NCBI GenBank assembly: GCA_903827955.1
Contig: CAIKKJ010000151.1
Location: 7,642-71,641, forward strand
Direction: 5' to 3'
Length of the DNA: 64,000 nt
From: an uncultured Verrucomicrobia subdivision 3 bacterium
Lineage (GTDB): Bacteria > Verrucomicrobiota > Verrucomicrobiia > Limisphaerales > UBA11358
Position 1 is the first letter of the stretch, and each line of letters begins with the position of its first letter. The notes under the pieces were generated by a model. The model did not search any database. It was not told the origin of the DNA and saw nothing but the letters and a program-made list of their open reading frames with translations. This document shows positions 60,991 to 64,000 of the stretch, piece after piece. A program made the translations under genes and the position numbers.

Positions 60991-63126
60991 TTACGGCGAC
61001 CGGATTTGATAAAACCGCGCGGCGCCGTTGGTCAATGCGTTGGAAAACTGGAACTGGCCAGGAAGCATCTCCGACACACCGCCGAGCGAAGTCCAGTTGC
61101 TCCGCGTCATGGAAAGATTCGTCGTGGTTAGCACGGTGAACGTCGCGCCGGGCGTGTTGGTAAAATTGACTCGCAGGATCCCGCCGACAAGAACGGACGT
61201 AAGCTGCGGTGAGGAAATCGCGAGCGTGCTGAACGTCGCATCGGCGGTGTTAGTTGAACCGATGCTGTTCGTCGCAGCGGCGCGGTAATGAAAGAGCGTG
61301 CCGGGCAACAGGCCGGCGACAACGTTGCTGACGGCAATTGAATTCGTGCCAGTGAAAAAATTTGTGGCCGTGAAGCTGCCGTAATTGGTCGTGGCTCCGA
61401 AGGCAAACCAGATCGCCGTCGTTGCGTTGCCGGGATTCAATTGCGCCTTGAGCGTGGCCCCGTTTGGCAGCACGGCGGGCGTCAGTAAATTCACCGACGG
61501 AAGCTGGCTCGTGACCAACGCCATCCACTCGCTCACGCCGCGGTCCGTGCCGGCACCGGAAGGAACCGGAACGCCGAAGAAATCCACGGTCACGCTGTTG
61601 GTGTTGCCGGTGAGGTTCGTGGTGACGGTGAGCGCATTGTTGATGCACGGCGAATTGGACTGCAACTGGTAGCCGCCGAGCGTTGGAAAATTATTGGTGC
61701 CGCCCACGCCGCCGCCGGTGCCGGGCGAAATGAATTTTGGATCAATTGTCAGCTTGTGCAAATCCGTCGTCGGTTCGCCGGAAACGTGTTGTCCGTAGAA
61801 AATGTTGTAGTCAAAATTTTTGGTGTTGTAAGTGTGAAAGTTGAAGGAAGCGGCGGAACTCAGATTGTAAAAGACATTGTTCCAAACGTAGTAAGTATGA
61901 CCATCGCTGCGGTCATCAAAAAAAATCGGCGAGAGTCCGTTCGTCGTGAAAATGACGTTGTTGTAAATGTATTCACTGGAAGTTGCGCCCGTGTCGCCGG
62001 TGAGCGCGAAGATGGAGCCCTGATCGTTCTGGCTGATGTTGTAGCGGACGATGATGTGGGTGTCGTTGCCAAACGCATCGCCCGCGGTGTCAGCCGAAGC
62101 GTAGTGGGCAAACAATCCCCAACTGTTGTCGTGGCTGTAGCTGTATTGGAAAATGATATTTTGACTGCGCAAATCGGCGTCGTAAAGGCAGCCGTCGTGC
62201 AATCCGCTGCCGTTGTTGTGATAACCTTCGTTGAATTGAAACACTGTGCCGCGACAGCCGTAGGTCGCGATCATATTTCCATCTGTGGCGTTTGCGGTGT
62301 CGTGAATCAAATTGTGTTCGACGAGACAGGTTTCATCCGCGTAACGGATGCTCATCGCATTTTTGCCGATGTCGCTGATGACATTGTTGCGGATGATGAC
62401 GTGAGAGCAGTTGCGTTGGTTCCACAACGAGGTGCCGGGATAATCGCTCCCGCCGCTGCGATTGCCGCACGCGACGATGCCCTGGTTAGTGACGGAAGTG
62501 ATGGTGCAATTTTGGATGATGACATCATTGAACCAAGTTGGCGTGGCTCCACCGCTATCGCTAGCGACTTCCACAATAATGCCGCCGGTGCGTTTGGCCA
62601 CCGTGTCGCCGTTAGACGTGTCAACGCGCCCGCTGACGCCGTGAACAAAACAATTACTGACGTAGAGATGATTGACCTGTCCATAATTCGCCGCGCACAG
62701 ATGAATGCCGCGTCGCTCCGTCGTCGTGCCGGATCCGGGATTGATGACTTCGAGGTCGCTGATTTCCCAATACTGCTGGTTGGTGATGACGAGCGCATCG
62801 CTGTTGCCATTGCCGTTTATCAACGGTGCGGTCGTGTTCGTGCCGTAGTCGGAAAGCGTGATTGGATTGCCCGCGACGCCGGAACCTTTGGGATTCATCG
62901 TGCCGGCCCAACTTGAACCACGTTTCAGCAAAACGAAATCACCGGGCGAAAACGTTGTCGCATTAACTTTGGAAAGCGATTGCCACGCGGCATTTGAAAA
63001 AGTGCCGGAGTTCAAATCGCTGCCGCTGACGGAATCAAAGTAATAGGTCGTGGCAAAGCACGGCGCGGCTAACGTGACAGCCAGCAGGCAAGCGAACCCT
63101 GAAATTTTTATTTTCGCCTTGGACAT
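60991..63126 (-). CDS. secreted right-handed parallel beta-helix protein (pectate-lyase fold) with Ig-like and FYR-type C-terminal modules
   Basis: 711 aa with a signal peptide (FACLLAVTLAAPCFA). It has repeated short coils such as VIIQNCTITSV, VIIRNNVISDI, LVEHNLIHDT and IVRYNISQND. The C-terminus is ...TTNLSMTRSNW...AARFYQIRSP. Confidence 0.7.
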   Translation of the reverse strand: MSKAKIKISGFACLLAVTLAAPCFATTYYFDSVSGSDLNSGTFSNAAWQSLSKVNATTFSPGDFVLLKRGSSWAGTMNPKGSGVAGNPITLSDYGTNTTAPLINGNGNSDALVITNQQYWEISDLEVINPGSGTTTERRGIHLCAANYGQVNHLYVSNCFVHGVSGRVDTSNGDTVAKRTGGIIVEVASDSGGATPTWFNDVIIQNCTITSVTNQGIVACGNRSGGSDYPGTSLWNQRNCSHVIIRNNVISDIGKNAMSIRYADETCLVEHNLIHDTANATDGNMIATYGCRGTVFQFNEGYHNNGSGLHDGCLYDADLRSQNIIFQYSYSHDNSWGLFAHYASADTAGDAFGNDTHIIVRYNISQNDQGSIFALTGDTGATSSEYIYNNVIFTTNGLSPIFFDDRSDGHTYYVWNNVFYNLSSAASFNFHTYNTKNFDYNIFYGQHVSGEPTTDLHKLTIDPKFISPGTGGGVGGTNNFPTLGGYQLQSNSPCINNALTVTTNLTGNTNSVTVDFFGVPVPSGAGTDRGVSEWMALVTSQLPSVNLLTPAVLPNGATLKAQLNPGNATTAIWFAFGATTNYGSFTATNFFTGTNSIAVSNVVAGLLPGTLFHYRAAATNSIGSTNTADATFSTLAISSPQLTSVLVGGILRVNFTNTPGATFTVLTTTNLSMTRSNWTSLGGVSEMLPGQFQFSNALTNGAARFYQIRSP

Positions 63127-63215
63127 GAGTTGGTTGCTTGCACTTGATTATGACACATCCGGGCGGCAGAAAATTCCGCCACCCGAATGCGACAGCGCCC
63201 CCACAAATTAGCACA

Positions 63216-64000
63216 TCAGAACGGGAAGTTCACCGTTGGCGTGCCGCCGGTTTGCGCGATGCGATAAAAGTTTTGGCTGCCACTGGCGGAAAATGTCGCC
63301 GTGAAGTTGCCTGAATTTGCCGGCGATTCGTTGATGGTTGCCGAAACGGTGTTGTAAGTGCCATTGACCGTGGACGAGCCGACGACGGACGCCGAGCCGC
63401 CGCTGCCGGGCGCGGAGGTGAATTTGATTTGATATTGGTTCGCGCCGGTTTGCGTGATGCCGGTGATGGTCGGCACGGGTTTGGTGACGACCTTTACGGC
63501 TAGGCTGCTGACGATGATGTCACCCATGTTCGCGTTCTGCCGAAGCACAATGTAATTCGCGTTCACGAGGTTGGTTGTGGCCACATCCTGCAAAGTCACG
63601 CTGGAACCAGCGGAACTCGACTGGTTAATCCACATCGAACTGACGCCGGTGTCCACGTCATAGCTGACGACAATGTTCGCCATTGGATTCGGCAGCGCGC
63701 CGCTCGTGTTAAAGTTGGGAATCGTCTGCGAGAATGAATTATTCACGCTCGGTGCGTTCGTGCCGTTGTAAAGGCCGAGATAAAATGAGCCGTCGGTGTT
63801 GACGGTGTTGGCCACGTTGGAAACGGTGCAGACCGCCGCCATCGCTACGCCGGTCGCCGCGCCGTCCGCAGCGAATTCCACGAAGCCGCCCGTGGATGTT
63901 CCGGGATAGGCGGCGTTCGCGCCGTAGAGATTTGCATCAAACCACTGGGCATTGACGCTGGCGAACAAAACCTTGTGGCTGCCTGCGGTGTAAGGCGCAC
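63216..64000 (-). CDS. secreted protein, 3' part only (N-terminus beyond window end), FYR-type C-terminal module
   Basis: The frame stays open to nt 64000. The sequence is beta-rich and Asn/Thr/Ser/Gly-rich, ending ...GSQNFYRIAQTGGTPTVNFPF. Confidence 0.5.
   Translation of the reverse strand, partial: APYTAGSHKVLFASVNAQWFDANLYGANAAYPGTSTGGFVEFAADGAATGVAMAAVCTVSNVANTVNTDGSFYLGLYNGTNAPSVNNSFSQTIPNFNTSGALPNPMANIVVSYDVDTGVSSMWINQSSSAGSSVTLQDVATTNLVNANYIVLRQNANMGDIIVSSLAVKVVTKPVPTITGITQTGANQYQIKFTSAPGSGGSASVVGSSTVNGTYNTVSATINESPANSGNFTATFSASGSQNFYRIAQTGGTPTVNFPF

Overview
Gene-dense chromosomal segment, roughly 60% G+C from hand counts of sample stretches. It is probably from a PVC-superphylum (Verrucomicrobiota-like) bacterium; this is inferred from protein style only, with no marker gene in the window. 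I support about 55 protein-coding genes and recognised no rRNA, tRNA or CRISPR array.

Gene content in order:
- 1-7046: ABC-2 ATPase/permease, GldG-like, DUF4340-like and AsmA-like envelope cluster.
- 7048-14893: a minimal secretion/pilus module (GspE/PilB ATPase, PilM-PilN fusion, PilO-like, secretin, one secreted protein) with no pilin or platform gene.
- 15028-19634: futalosine-type radical-SAM gene, sugar epimerase, a low-GC frameshifted gene and a zinc-ribbon-SDR gene.
- 19817-24273: potABCD preceded by a 645-bp highly structured leader.
- 24274-28918: a 36-aa-repeat protein, ridA, rmuC and a low-GC hemerythrin.
- 28893-42761: a complete T2SS-like operon (Spy-like, gspE-F-G-H-I-J-K, GspL-like, GspM-like, PilP/GspC-like, secretin) followed by an orphan histidine kinase.
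- 43272-50237: Gfo/Idh/MocA oxidoreductase, msrB, an AddB-type nuclease and a GH2 enzyme.
- 50248-52399: a REP-associated tyrosine transposase (RAYT) with four REP-doublet elements.
- 52481-56708: phosphohexomutase, a Trp-rich lipoprotein and feoAB.
- 56916-64000: a secreted esterase / SGNH / glycosidase / beta-helix cluster.

Most notable observations:
- The secretin of the T2SS-like operon is split into two in-frame ORFs, each with its own leader, inside a Gly-rich loop.
- The addB-like gene carries three arrays of exactly four heptanucleotide units.
- Five secreted proteins share a C-terminal module ending in an FYR-type motif.

Many long ORFs antisense to real genes are GC-driven artefacts and were rejected.
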